Below are positions 1 through 10,322 of a stretch of 64,000 nt of DNA, piece after piece; within the stretch, counting starts at the first letter, position 1, and every line of letters starts with the position of its first letter. The notes under the pieces were generated by a model that saw nothing but the letters and a program-made list of their open reading frames with translations, had not been told where the DNA came from and did not search any database. The DNA lies in NCBI GenBank assembly GCA_963833365.1, contig CAWHXS010000003.1:6913-70912 (forward strand), written 5' to 3'. The stretch comes from an uncultured Gemmatimonadales bacterium (GTDB lineage Bacteria > Gemmatimonadota > Gemmatimonadetes > Gemmatimonadales > GWC2-71-9). Made by a program: the position numbers and the translations under genes.

Positions 1-1
1 C

Positions 2-160
2 GTGCGTGGTGCCTGGCTCAACGTTCGAACCAATCTCTCCGGACCGTCCAAGTCTGTTGGGTTCGAGACTACCTTGTCGGAAGGAAGGCGTATCGCGGCC
101 GACGCGGAGCAGAAGGAGAAAGAGATCCTGGCGGTGGTGGAGGGAAAGATGGGGGCTTAA
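2..160 (+). CDS. C-terminal fragment of a formiminotetrahydrofolate cyclodeaminase-like protein (FTCD_C family); 5' end lies outside the window
   Basis: Hand translation of frame 2 gives ...RGAWLNVRTNLSGPSKSVGFETTLSEGRRIAADAEQKEKEILAVVEGKMGA* (TAA at 158-160). The GA-x-LNV-x-x-NL motif followed by a helical acidic tail is typical of cyclodeaminase C-termini. It fits the adjacent hut genes. The listed ORF 6..209 is in a different frame. Confidence 0.45.
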   Translation: MRGAWLNVRTNLSGPSKSVGFETTLSEGRRIAADAEQKEKEILAVVEGKMGA

Positions 161-1371
161 CCCACCTCCCTGCCCCGCGCCACGACCCGGCGACACGCAT
201 TGGGCGTGAAGTGGTAGCACCACTCATTCACGCTGTCTGAATCGATCACGGCGAAGTCGGCTGACTTTCCCGCTTCGAGCGAGCCGGTCACCCCATCAAT
301 CGCGAGCGCGCGGGCGGCAACGATCGTCGCCCCTTTCAACGCTTCCGCCGGCGTCATGCGCTGCATGGTACAGGCGAGGCTGAGTGCGAGAGGCAGGTGG
401 TAACTGGGTGCCGACCCCGGATTGAAGTCGGTAGCGACGGCGACCGGCACTCCGGCCTCGATCAGGCGGCGGGCCGGTAACGGGACGTGGTTGAGATAGA
501 GCGACGCGAGCGGCAGGCTCACCGCAACAGATCCGGACTTTGCCATCGCGGCAATGCCGGCCTGCGATACACACTCAAGATGATCCGCCGACACCGCTCC
601 CAATTCGGCTGCAAGCTCCGCCCCCCCACAGGAACCGAGTTGGTCAGCATGGAGCTTGACTCCCAGCCCGGCCGCTTTCCCGGTCGAAAGAATGCGTCGA
701 GCCTCCGGTACGGTGAAGGCAGTCTCTTCGACGAATGCATCGCAGAACCGCGCCAAGCCCTGCGCCGTGATGAGCGGAATCATCTCCTCGGTCAGAAGCT
801 GGATGTAATCCTCGCGTCGATCGCGGAATTCTGGGGGAACGACGTGGGCGCCGAGAAAGGTCGGGATGATACGGGCGGCTCCTTCCTGGCCCAACCGGTG
901 ATAGACCCGGAGCAGCCGCACTTCGGTCTCGACGTCGAGACCATAACCGCTCTTGCATTCGACCGTGGTGACGCCCAGCGCCATCATCCTTTCGAGGAAG
1001 CCGCGAGCCCGATCGAGCAATGCGTCCTCGGACATCGTGCGGGTCTGGGCAACGGTGGACATGATCCCGCCGCCCCTGCGCGCGATATCGAGGTAACTGC
1101 TTCCCTGGATTCGTTGCTCGAACTCCTCGGCGCGCCAGCCACCGAAGGCGAGGTGGGTGTGGCAGTCGATCAGACCCGGGATGACCAGGGCGCCATCAGC
1201 ATCCCAGCTCTCCCAGCTGGCGTACACCGCAGGCAGAGCCTTTTCCGATCCGACCCACAGCAGGGTTCCACCTTCCCAGACCAGAGCCGCGTTCTGGATG
1301 GGGTGGATATCCGACTGGCTACCCTCGTTTCGACAGGTCGCCAGCGAACCAATGGATCGGAGTACTGGCAC
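157..1371 (-). CDS. hutI: imidazolonepropionase
   Basis: Intact 404-aa ORF. Carries the amidohydrolase metal motif GLIDCHTHLAFGGWR and TVECKSGYGLD, with HutI-like sequence throughout. Lies immediately downstream of hutU. Confidence 0.9.
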   Translation of the reverse strand: MPVLRSIGSLATCRNEGSQSDIHPIQNAALVWEGGTLLWVGSEKALPAVYASWESWDADGALVIPGLIDCHTHLAFGGWRAEEFEQRIQGSSYLDIARRGGGIMSTVAQTRTMSEDALLDRARGFLERMMALGVTTVECKSGYGLDVETEVRLLRVYHRLGQEGAARIIPTFLGAHVVPPEFRDRREDYIQLLTEEMIPLITAQGLARFCDAFVEETAFTVPEARRILSTGKAAGLGVKLHADQLGSCGGAELAAELGAVSADHLECVSQAGIAAMAKSGSVAVSLPLASLYLNHVPLPARRLIEAGVPVAVATDFNPGSAPSYHLPLALSLACTMQRMTPAEALKGATIVAARALAIDGVTGSLEAGKSADFAVIDSDSVNEWCYHFTPNACRRVVARGREVG

Positions 1372-1385
1372 GGATCAGGCTGGGG

Positions 1386-3098
1386 TCACGATCCGAACAT
1401 CGGAAGATCCACCCCGCGTTCCCGGGCGGTCTCGATCGCGACCTCGTAGCCTGCATCCGCGTGACGCATGACTCCGGTCCCCGGATCGGCGGTGAGCACT
1501 CGTGCCAGGCGGCGATCTCCCATCTCAGTCCCATCGGCGACAGCGACCATCCCGGCATGGATCGAGTATCCGATTCCGACCCCGCCACCATGATGGAGCG
1601 AGACCCAACTGGCGCCACATGCGGTATTGAGCATGGCGTTGAGCAACGGCCAATCCGCGATCGCGTCGCTCCCATCCCGCATGGCCTCGGTTTCCCGGTT
1701 GGGTGAGGCCACAGAACCAGTGTCGAGGTGGTCCCTTCCAATCACCAGCGGCGCTTTCACCTTCCCTTTTTTCACCAGCCAGTTAAAGCGGAGGCCCATT
1801 TCGGCCCGTTCACCGTACTCGAGCCAGCAGATCCGCGCTGGAAGCCCCTGGAAGTGGACCTTCTCTCTGGCCTGTTTGATCCATCGAGCCAGGTCAGCCT
1901 TCTCCGGAAAGGTCTCGAGCACCGCGTCATCGGTGATTGCGATATCGGCCGGATCCCCCGATAGGGCTGCCCAGCGAAACGGCCCCGCGCCGCGACAGAA
2001 CAGAGGGCGAATGAATTCGGGAACAAAGCCGGGAATGTCGAACGCCTGCTGGAGACCGCGCCGATCGGCGACCTGACCGCGAAGGTTGTTACCGTAGTCG
2101 AAGGTGACTGCGCCCCGGGACTGTAACTCGAGCATGGCCTTCACGTGAACCACCATCGAATCCAGCACCCGGGCCTCGTAGCCTTCGGCGTCCCGCTCGC
2201 GCTCGACCGCCGCGGTTTCGAGCGAGAGTCCGACCGGGATGTAGCCGAGACGGAGGTCATGAGCCGAAGTCTGATCCGTGACTACGTCCGGACCGATACC
2301 GCGCCGGACCAACTCGGGTAGGACCTCGGCAATATTCCCTACCAGCCCGACTGACAGCGCCTCGCGCTTTTGCCTCGCAGCTTCGACCAGTCGCAACGCC
2401 TCGTCGAGACTGGTGGTCATCAGGTCGCAATAGCCGGTATCCACCCGTCGTTGGATTCGCCAGGCGTCCACGTCTACGCCGAGAAAGGCGGCACCATTCA
2501 TGGTGGCTGCCAAGGGCTGTGCGCCTCCCATCCCCCCCAGCCCCGCGGTCACGACCAGGCGGCCGGCGAGCGTGCCTCCGAAATGCTGGCGGGCGCACTC
2601 GGCGAAGGTCTCGTAGGTGCCCTGCAGAATTCCCTGGGTGCCTATGTAGATCCACGAACCGGCGGTCATCTGGCCGTACATCGTGAGCCCTAACGCCTCC
2701 AGTCGGCGGAACTCTTCCCAGGTCGCCCAGCGAGGGACCAGATGGGCATTGGCGATGAGAACCCGAGGCGCCTCCTCGTGGGTCTTGAAGACGCCTACCG
2801 GCTTGCCGCTCTGAACCAGCAGCGTCTCGTCATTCTCCAGCCTTCTGAGAGTCGAGACAATCTTCTCATAGCATTCCCAGTTGCGCGCCGCCTTCCCGCT
2901 CCCGCCATAGACGATGAGTTCATCCGGCCGTTCGGCCACCGCCGGATCGAGGTTGTTCATGAGCATCCGCAAGGCGGCTTCCTGATGCCAGCCTTTGCAG
3001 CTCAAGGAATTCCCGGTTGGAGCTCGAACGGTCGCGGGGGAAGTAACGGGTGTCATCAGTCGAAACTTAGCGGTGGCTGCGCGCGAGTCGTTGGACAC
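1386..3098 (-). CDS. hutU: urocanate hydratase
   Basis: Intact 570-aa ORF with urocanase hallmarks: [67 protein letters not shown]. The start could also be Met15 (3056). Confidence 0.92.
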   Translation of the reverse strand: MSNDSRAATAKFRLMTPVTSPATVRAPTGNSLSCKGWHQEAALRMLMNNLDPAVAERPDELIVYGGSGKAARNWECYEKIVSTLRRLENDETLLVQSGKPVGVFKTHEEAPRVLIANAHLVPRWATWEEFRRLEALGLTMYGQMTAGSWIYIGTQGILQGTYETFAECARQHFGGTLAGRLVVTAGLGGMGGAQPLAATMNGAAFLGVDVDAWRIQRRVDTGYCDLMTTSLDEALRLVEAARQKREALSVGLVGNIAEVLPELVRRGIGPDVVTDQTSAHDLRLGYIPVGLSLETAAVERERDAEGYEARVLDSMVVHVKAMLELQSRGAVTFDYGNNLRGQVADRRGLQQAFDIPGFVPEFIRPLFCRGAGPFRWAALSGDPADIAITDDAVLETFPEKADLARWIKQAREKVHFQGLPARICWLEYGERAEMGLRFNWLVKKGKVKAPLVIGRDHLDTGSVASPNRETEAMRDGSDAIADWPLLNAMLNTACGASWVSLHHGGGVGIGYSIHAGMVAVADGTEMGDRRLARVLTADPGTGVMRHADAGYEVAIETARERGVDLPMFGS

Positions 3099-3246
3099 AC
3101 AGGGAGGGTAGGATGTGGCTGCAGGGCGCGCCTGTCAACGATTGGGAACCGGCTTGACGCGGTCTTGATGCCAGGCCCCCACAATTGATCCCGGTTCAGT
3201 GACCCTGCGCTGTGTTGCGGAAACTCAACTCCCAAGGACGGGATCG

Positions 3247-3810
3247 ATGCGCTCCTCTATCATGCTGGGTCTTGTTGTAGCGCTTCTGTCAGCGGTCCAA
3301 GTCGCGGCTCAAGACTCCTCAGGAGCTCTCCGACCCGGAGAAACGATTCGGGTGTACGGGCCGGGCGAATTTCGCCTCACCGGTGAATTCATGGAGCGAG
3401 ACAGCGTCAGCATGGTCATCCGGCCGGTCGGTTTGGAGGCTAGAAGGGTACCGCTGGACGGTATCAGAAAAGTGGAGGTACGGACTGCTCACAAGTCCAG
3501 GCTCGGCACTGGGGCGGCGGCTGGTGCGGGCGCGGGTGCGATCCTGGGCGTGGTCATGGTCGGGGCCGTTGATAATGACCCGTACTTTAACGCCTGTTGC
3601 TCTGGAGGCGACTACGCGCTGGGAGCCGTGCTGTTTGCGACCGCGGGTGCAGGAATTGGTGCCGTCATCGGTGCACTGTCACATAAGGACACCTGGACCC
3701 GGGTTCCCGCCGAGGACTGGCAGATCAGACCGGGCGCTGCGCCTGAACCCGGGGATCGGCCGGTTGCCAAGCGACGGCAGCGGCCACGGAGAGCTCCGGG
3801 CCAGCCGTGA
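3247..3810 (+). CDS. hypothetical secreted/membrane protein with glycine-zipper segments
   Basis: ATG at 3247 gives MRSSIMLGLVVALLSAVQVAAQ, a signal peptide. Gly/Ala-rich hydrophobic stretches follow (GTGAAAGAGAGAILGVVMVGAV; FATAGAGIGAVIGAL). The ORF-track start at 3199 is GTG. No family recognised. Confidence 0.5.
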   Translation: MRSSIMLGLVVALLSAVQVAAQDSSGALRPGETIRVYGPGEFRLTGEFMERDSVSMVIRPVGLEARRVPLDGIRKVEVRTAHKSRLGTGAAAGAGAGAILGVVMVGAVDNDPYFNACCSGGDYALGAVLFATAGAGIGAVIGALSHKDTWTRVPAEDWQIRPGAAPEPGDRPVAKRRQRPRRAPGQP

Positions 3811-3813
3811 GGG

Positions 3814-5061
3814 TTACCGGCGCGCGATCTCCCGCACCGCGGCTACGAGACGCGTTACCTCATCTTCCGTCGTGTAGCAGGCGCACCCGGCCCGGACCAA
3901 ACCGTCATTCTCCAGGCCGAGCCTCGCAACGACGGTAGCGGCGTAGAAGTCCCCGTGCGAAACAAAGATCCCCTTCCCCGCCAGCGTCGTCGCCACGTCT
4001 TCGGACGACTTTCCTGCGACAGTAAACGACACGGTCGGGGTGCGGTCGCGTTCCGGAGAAGGACCGTAGACCCGCACTCCAGAGATCCGCTGTAGCCCTT
4101 CCCAGAGTTGTTCCACCAGAGTCTGCCCACGGGCGTGTAGCTCACGGAAGGACGCATCGAGCCGGTCGCCCCGTCGTTTGCCGGCCGCGAGCGAAGCGAG
4201 AAACTCAACTGCCGTTCCGGCCCCGACGATGCCTTCGTGATTCTGGGTGCCGGTTTCCAACCGCTCCGGCGGCTCGTTGGGTGCGGGATCGAGTCTTGGG
4301 ACGTCGAGCTCTTGAAGCAGCTCGTGGCGACCGTACAGAATCCCGATGTGAGGCCCGTAGAACTTGTAGGCCGAGCAGGCCAGGAAATCACAGTCGAGCT
4401 CGGAGACGTCGAGGCGGGCGTGCGCCGCCAGATGGACGGCATCTACGAAAATCAGGGCGCCTGCAGCGTGAGCGAGGCGGGACGCCTGCGGAATATCGTT
4501 GATGGTGCCGAGCGCATTCGATGCTCCGCCGATTGCCACGAGTCGGGTGCGCGAATTGAGCGTCTCCTCGAACGCCTTCCAATTCAGCTGACCGCTCTCG
4601 GGCTCGAGGGGAACCACCCTTACCGTCACTCCACGTTCGGCGGCGAGCCGAGTCCAGGGGGCTTGGTTGGCATGATGATCGAGCTCGGTGATGACGATCT
4701 CGTCACGGGGTCCCCACTTGCTGCCAAGCGCGCGAGCGATGTGGAAGGTGAGGGTCGTCATGTTGGCGCCGAAGGCGATCTCGACCGGCTGCGCGACGAG
4801 AAAATCGGCCAGCGCAATTCGTGAGCGGGCGATGGCGAGATCGGTTTCCTGACTGGTGGGGTAGGCCCAGTGGGTGTTGGCGTTGTGGTTGTAGAGGTAG
4901 TCGGACATCGCCTCGACCACATCCCGGGGCACCTGAGTCCCTCCCGGGCCATCGAAGTAGGCGACCGGCTCATGGCGCTGTTCGCGGTGCAGCGCCGGAA
5001 AGCGAGCCCGGATGGCCTCTACCGAAGCGACAGGAGTAGTCGAGAGGGAGGTACTATGCAT
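3814..5061 (-). CDS. class-V aminotransferase, cysteine desulfurase-like PLP enzyme
   Basis: Chosen ATG at 5061 ([24 protein letters not shown]) overlaps the GT2 stop as TGATG. Carries HHANQAPW, DAVHLAAH and SAYKFYGPHIG (PLP-Lys region), typical of the SufS/CsdB-like family. Confidence 0.8.
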   Translation of the reverse strand: MHSTSLSTTPVASVEAIRARFPALHREQRHEPVAYFDGPGGTQVPRDVVEAMSDYLYNHNANTHWAYPTSQETDLAIARSRIALADFLVAQPVEIAFGANMTTLTFHIARALGSKWGPRDEIVITELDHHANQAPWTRLAAERGVTVRVVPLEPESGQLNWKAFEETLNSRTRLVAIGGASNALGTINDIPQASRLAHAAGALIFVDAVHLAAHARLDVSELDCDFLACSAYKFYGPHIGILYGRHELLQELDVPRLDPAPNEPPERLETGTQNHEGIVGAGTAVEFLASLAAGKRRGDRLDASFRELHARGQTLVEQLWEGLQRISGVRVYGPSPERDRTPTVSFTVAGKSSEDVATTLAGKGIFVSHGDFYAATVVARLGLENDGLVRAGCACYTTEDEVTRLVAAVREIARR

Positions 5062-5801
5062 CAGCGAGACTCCGGTACCAGGACGGGGCGTTGCCGCGCC
5101 CAGATATTGAACTTCAGGATACACCAGATGGTCCGCACGCCATCCTTCCAGCCGATCTTCTTCCCCGCATCCCAGGAGCGCCCTTCGTAGCTGATGGACA
5201 CTTCGTAGACTCGGCACCGGAGCGCGGCGACCTTGGCGGTTACCTCGGGTTCAAAGCCAAAGCGGTCCTCCACCAGCGTAATCTGCTGCAGAATCTCCCG
5301 GCGGAAGACCTTGTAACAGGTTTCCATGTCGGTCAGGACGAGATTGCTAAAGCAGTTCGACAGCAAGGTGAGAAACCGGTTCATGGTATAGTGCCAGAAG
5401 TACAGCACCCGATGCGATTCGCCGCCGGCGAACCGGGAGCCGTAAACGACATCGGCCCGGCCATCGAGGATGGGCCTGATGAGTTTGGGGTACTCCTCCG
5501 GGTCGTACTCGAGGTCGGCGTCCTGCACTATGACGAGATCGCCGCGAGCCGCCTGAAACCCAGTGCGGAGCGCGGCACCTTTCCCGCGATTCTTCGGATG
5601 GGTCAACACCCGGACCCGGTCGCCGTCCGCCATTGGCATCAGCTTCGCGCCGGTCCCGTCCGTGGAGTAGTCATCCACCAGGATGATTTCCTTGTCCACC
5701 GGCACTGCCTTCACCCGCTCGACCAGCCGTTCCACCGTCTCCTCTTCGTTATATACCGGGATAACGACGGTGAGCAACGGCCGGGTCTCCTGCAGGGTCA
5801 T
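5061..5801 (-). CDS. family-2 glycosyltransferase, polyprenol-phosphate mannose/glucose synthase-like
   Basis: Intact 246-aa ORF. Contains [23 protein letters not shown] and [11 protein letters not shown] (DxD region), Dpm1/Ppm1-like. Its ATG overlaps the upstream stop as ATGA. Confidence 0.8.
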   Translation of the reverse strand: MTLQETRPLLTVVIPVYNEEETVERLVERVKAVPVDKEIILVDDYSTDGTGAKLMPMADGDRVRVLTHPKNRGKGAALRTGFQAARGDLVIVQDADLEYDPEEYPKLIRPILDGRADVVYGSRFAGGESHRVLYFWHYTMNRFLTLLSNCFSNLVLTDMETCYKVFRREILQQITLVEDRFGFEPEVTAKVAALRCRVYEVSISYEGRSWDAGKKIGWKDGVRTIWCILKFNIWARQRPVLVPESR

Positions 5802-7466
5802 CGGAAGGCTCCTGCGGCTGCCGCCGCGCTGTCGACCGCTTGGATCAGGGGTTCAAATTCGGGATACCCGGAGTTGACCAGCTTGCGGAGTTCGAGGCGC
5901 GCCGAACCATAATCGCCCAGCCTCATGTAGCACGAGGCCATGCGAGATCGGGTGTAACGGAGGTCCGGGTTCAGCAGAAGCGCCTTCTGATACAGCGGGA
6001 TCGACTGCTCACAGTGGCCGTCGGTCCGGTAGACGTCTCCCACATCGTTATAGAGGCTGGCGTCGTAGGGAAATAACGTCAGGGCCGTCTGCAGCGCTCG
6101 AAAGGCCGCCTCCTTCTCACCGTGCTCATACAGATAGAGTCCGTAGGACCAGTGAGCACGATAGTTTTTTGGAGCATCCACGACAGTCTGAGCAAAGAGT
6201 GTTCCGTTGTCCTTCCACACCGGTTGGCGGATCGCACTGCGCCAAGCACCCAGGCCGACGAGGACGAGACCTGCCACCGCGATCGGTCTCCACAACCGAG
6301 CATGACGGCGCGTCAGAGCTTCCGTTGCCCCGCCCAGGACCATCATCGCGCCCACACTGGGGACGAACAGGGTCCGCTCCGCCAATAGAATCCCCGCCTT
6401 GAGCACCAGATTGCTCACCGGAAAAATCGCGAGCGCCGTCCAACACAGGCCAAATGCCACGACAGGGAGCCGCTTCCAGGTGGCCAGGGTGATTGCCCGC
6501 GACTCCCAGCAAGAGCGTAAGTCCCGCAGCCTGCTGCAATCCGAAGGAAGTGGCCCGTACGATGTCCTGGGGAGAGTAGTCGGCCTGGAGGTGGGCAGGC
6601 CATAACAGGAGGCGCACCCACTCGAGACTGATCCGCAATGCGGTCAGCAACCGCTCCCGCGCCGTGGCTTCCCCGATTGCGATGTGCGGGAAATCCCCTG
6701 CGAGAGTACCGGTGACTTTGGTGCGGACAACGAGGTATAGGATTCCTACCATGAAGAAGGTGACCCAGAACGGCGCATCTGCCTTGAACCGCCGAACCAG
6801 AGGACGGGGGTCCTTGATCACCGTCAGCTCGGCGAAGATGAGCAGCCCCGGCAGGATGAGTCCGTTGTCCTTGGCCAGGCAGGCGAGGGCGTAGCAGCCG
6901 TAGATCTTGTTGCGAGACGAATTGGAAAGCGGCCCGGCCTCGCGCCCCTCGAGAAAGAGCGTCGCCGCGAGCACCATGAACAGCACCACCCAGAGTTCAC
7001 CCTGACCGACGCAATTGCCCACCGCCTCAACGTGCACCGGATGCGCTGCGAAGAGCGCTGCGGCGAGCCAGGCAATCTGGAGTGGCAACAATCGCCGCAT
7101 GAGCCGAAAGACGAGGAGGCAACAGGCGACGTACAACAACACGTTGGTGAAATGAAAGAGGTGCGGGCCTCCCTCGCCGAGCACCCATTGGAGGGCGAAA
7201 CCGATGGTGGTAACAGGACGGTAGAGCGTGGAGCCGCCAACGTACTTCCCGGGCGGCCAATAGGTGTGGGTGAAGAATTCCCACGGGGCTGCCAGGGAAT
7301 GAACTCGCTCATTGCGCAGGATGGCGTGGACGTCGTCGTACGCGAAGCCATTGCCGAGGCTTGTGACAGAAGCCGCAAGCGCAATCAGCGCGATTCCCAG
7401 CCATGGAGCGAGGCGGAACCCTTGCGTCTGGCCTCCTTCGGTTGGCGTCCGGGGGGCAGGTTCCAT
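5798..7466 (-). CDS. TMTC/PMT_2-like polytopic glycosyltransferase with C-terminal TPR repeats; one frame break near 6470-6500
   Basis: The N-terminal part (ORF 6126..7520, start taken at MEPAPRTP, 7466) has [18 protein letters not shown] and about 9 TM segments. The C-terminal part (ORF 5798..6460) continues with TM segments plus TPR repeats ([28 protein letters not shown]...). The C-terminal frame is open upstream to [18 protein letters not shown], so the two pieces join at a GGG run. Confidence 0.7.
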
Positions 7467-7541
7467 CGCTCTGCTATGGTGTATGATCTTGAATTTCAAT
7501 TGGTTGGCCGCACAGGGCAAGCGGGTGCGCCAACGGCACGA

Positions 7542-8201
7542 ATGGTGCTTTGTGAAGAGGCCATGCTACCCCGATCTCCGAACCGGAATCAGATGGAAGC
7601 CTTCCGCAAGCTGTGGAGCCGCGAAGGCACCCTGGGCGGCGCCGCCTGGCGCTACGCGGCCATGACCCAGGATTACGGATTTGCGGTTCGAGAGATGCTG
7701 CGGGAACAACTGGAGGATCCGATTCCCGGCCTGTGGATTCAGTCGCCGCTGGGAACCGATGAGCATCCGAGCGTCTCGGAAGCGATTTTCGAAACCCTGG
7801 CGCGCCAGCGGATGTCGGTGCGCAACGCCAGTGGCCGGCATTTTACCGTTCTGGCCCAGCTCCAAGGCTGTGCGTTGGAAGACCTCGCTCACGCCCAGAC
7901 GGAGACGGGGCTTGGGGAGCGGCACGTCACCTTCGCAGAGTTGCGGTGTCAGGATCTCGTCCTGATGGCCCGGCTGCTGGTCGAGCAAGGTGCAATGCTC
8001 GAGGTAGCACACGATCTGGGCATGGACCACCCCGCAAATCGAGATGCCTGCCGGGCCTTGTTCCGCGCTAGCCTCGACGCACTGGAGTTGTTCGATCGAA
8101 AGCTCAGTGCCGGGATGTCGCTCGCGGAAGCGCTGGCGGTCGAGATCCTGCTCGAGTCGCTGACTACGGGGTCAGCTCCGTCCGCCTCGGCTCCATTCTG
8201 A
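7542..8201 (+). CDS. hypothetical protein (no recognisable domain)
   Basis: The ORF-track entry 7032..8201 overlaps the opposite-strand gene for about 430 bp. The first ATGs past that gene's start are 7542 and 7563. The product is about 215 aa, acidic and helical. Its 3' end overlaps the convergent gene by 38 bp. Confidence 0.4.
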   Translation: MVLCEEAMLPRSPNRNQMEAFRKLWSREGTLGGAAWRYAAMTQDYGFAVREMLREQLEDPIPGLWIQSPLGTDEHPSVSEAIFETLARQRMSVRNASGRHFTVLAQLQGCALEDLAHAQTETGLGERHVTFAELRCQDLVLMARLLVEQGAMLEVAHDLGMDHPANRDACRALFRASLDALELFDRKLSAGMSLAEALAVEILLESLTTGSAPSASAPF

Positions 8202-10178
8202 CGATCCAGAGCCCGTTGTTGTCGTCGTTGACGTAGGCCAGGCCGTCCTTCACAACCACTCCCCAGGTCATTGCAGAGTTCTGAGTGTGGCCGCCCATGT
8301 CGGCAGTATTGACGTGCACCATTTCCCGGCCTTCGGCGCGCAAGTCTCCCCGCAATTCGCCTGAGATGTCGAAGGCACGGAAACCGGCGTTGTAGGCTCC
8401 CATGTAGAGTGTATCGCCCGCGGCCCACACGTTGTGCACCCCGCCAAATTCCGGCTCGTACCAAGCGACTGACTTGGGATGGAAGATGTCGCTCACGTCG
8501 ATGACCTGCATCCGCCCGTAAGCCCGGAAGGAGGAGGCATCCTTGGCACCCTTCACCGGGGCGGCCGGGAACACCTCGTCTGCGATGAAGACGTAGTTCT
8601 TGTGGCGCCACGCGGTGTGGGTGCCGCGGATGAAGCCTGGCCCCGCCGAGGCTTCGACATCGCGGTAAAGCTCGTTGAGATCGTACTTGTACTGGGAGAC
8701 GAACTGCGGATTGTCGGGACTCCCGCCCTTGATACCGTTCCCCACATCGACGATGACCAGCCCGTCGTTCCAGTAGCTCAGATAGGCGAGCCCGTCCTTC
8801 ACATCCACATCGTGAACGTAGTTGCCCTGCTGGTCGCTGCGGGAGCTGAAGCGGGCCACTTCCTTGGGATGATAAGGATCGTTGATGTCAACGATGTGCA
8901 GCACGCCGGTCGCGTCGTTGGTCAGATAGATGTGAGTGCCGTACTTGGGCTGCTGGTAGATGAAAGCGGAGTGGACGCCACCGGTCACGCCCTCGGTGAA
9001 CTCGCTGATCACCTTGGGATGGGCCGGATCCTCCAGCGAAGCGATGACGATCCCGTTCTTGCGGTCTGCCGCGCCCTCCCGGGTGTGGACCAGGTACTTG
9101 CCGTCCGGCGTGGTCATGATGTCGTTCACCCGGCGGGTATTCGCCATCAACGAGTCAGTCACGACGGGGTTGGAGGGATCGGAGATGTCCACGGCGTACA
9201 TCCGGTCCCCACCACCACCAGTGCCGAGGTAGAGGTGCTTGCCGTCGGGGTGAACCCAGACCTCTTCAGTGCTGAACAGGGTGCGGGGGAGCCGGCCCAC
9301 GATGGTGGCGGGGCGGCGAACATCGCGATAAGCGAGGGAGACGGCCCCATCCACACTGTGGTTGCCGAGGGTCGCGGTCACCAGATACGGGCCCGCCTCG
9401 TAGCCGACGAAGGCTCCATCATCGCTGATGAGGCCCTCACCCGGGGAGAAACTCCAGCGTGGGGTGAGTCCTTCGATTTTCTTGCCCGCTCGATCACGCG
9501 CGGTGACGGTGAAGTGAATGACGTCTCCCTGCTTCGCATCTATTTTCGCAGGCGAGATCTCGAGCGACCCGATGGTGATCGCCAGGACCTCCACCTGAAA
9601 CGAGGACTTGGCTCCGTCGACCGAGGCCGTGATCGTTGCCTTACCGGGTGCGCTCGCCGTAGAGCAGCCCATCAGTCGCAACATCAGCAACCCGAGCGGC
9701 GGAACTCCGCCATTTGATCTTGTCGGCGCGCTTGTCTCCCCGGGCGGAGAAGGAGGCTCCCGTCAGCATAAATCGCTGGCCGGCGACCAGCCGGGTAATC
9801 TGCGGCGTGATGGTCACCGAGGCCGCGGGGCCCGGCTGCATCGAGATCTCCACCCGCTCCATGACCGGGCGAGTACCCGGAACGCTCGCGATCGCCGTAA
9901 CCCCCAACACCCCGGTCGATCCGGCGGAAACGAGGCCGGAGCTGTCCACCCGGCCCTCGAACCGTCCGCCCGAACCCACGAAGCGAATCAAGGCATTGGC
10001 AACCGGGCTTCCCGACGCTGTCGACCGCCTGGGCAGTGAAGCGAAGCGTGTCGCCGGCAGTCATCGTCCGGGTCTCGGGCGTGATCGTCACGTTCGCGAT
10101 GGGAGATGGCAGCCGATGGCAGTGGGAGGGGTCTGTGGCTGCTGCTGCAGGGCGAGAAGCAAGGCTCAGAGCGATCAT
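8164..10178 (-). CDS. surface protein with three Big_2-like Ig domains plus an LVIVD-repeat beta-propeller; two frame breaks (about 9650-9690 and about 10000)
   Basis: Three ORFs join head to tail: 9684..10178 (ANVTITPETRTMTAGDTLRFTAQAVDSVGKP), 9641..9991 (VTITPQITRLVAGQRFMLTGASF) and 8164..9690 (GKATITASVDG..., then propeller blades with YAVDISDPSNPVV and GLVIVDVGNG). Confidence 0.7.
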
Positions 10179-10322
10179 GTTTCGGTCTGGATCGGGGGGA
10201 ATGCATCTGGGAGCGCGCGGGAAAGCTTCCCGACCGGGTCCCAGTTGTCAACGACGGAAGCCGGTCAGAAGTCGAAGACCGGAATCCCGCTCGGCTCTCC
10301 TGGGCGGCAAGCCGCAGGTGCG

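Noticed and set aside
6-209. 67-aa ORF at the window start, as a small gene
   Set aside because: The product is Arg/Trp/Pro-rich and the ORF overlaps the hutI 3' end. The neighbouring frame gives a sensible cyclodeaminase-like C-terminus ending at 160.
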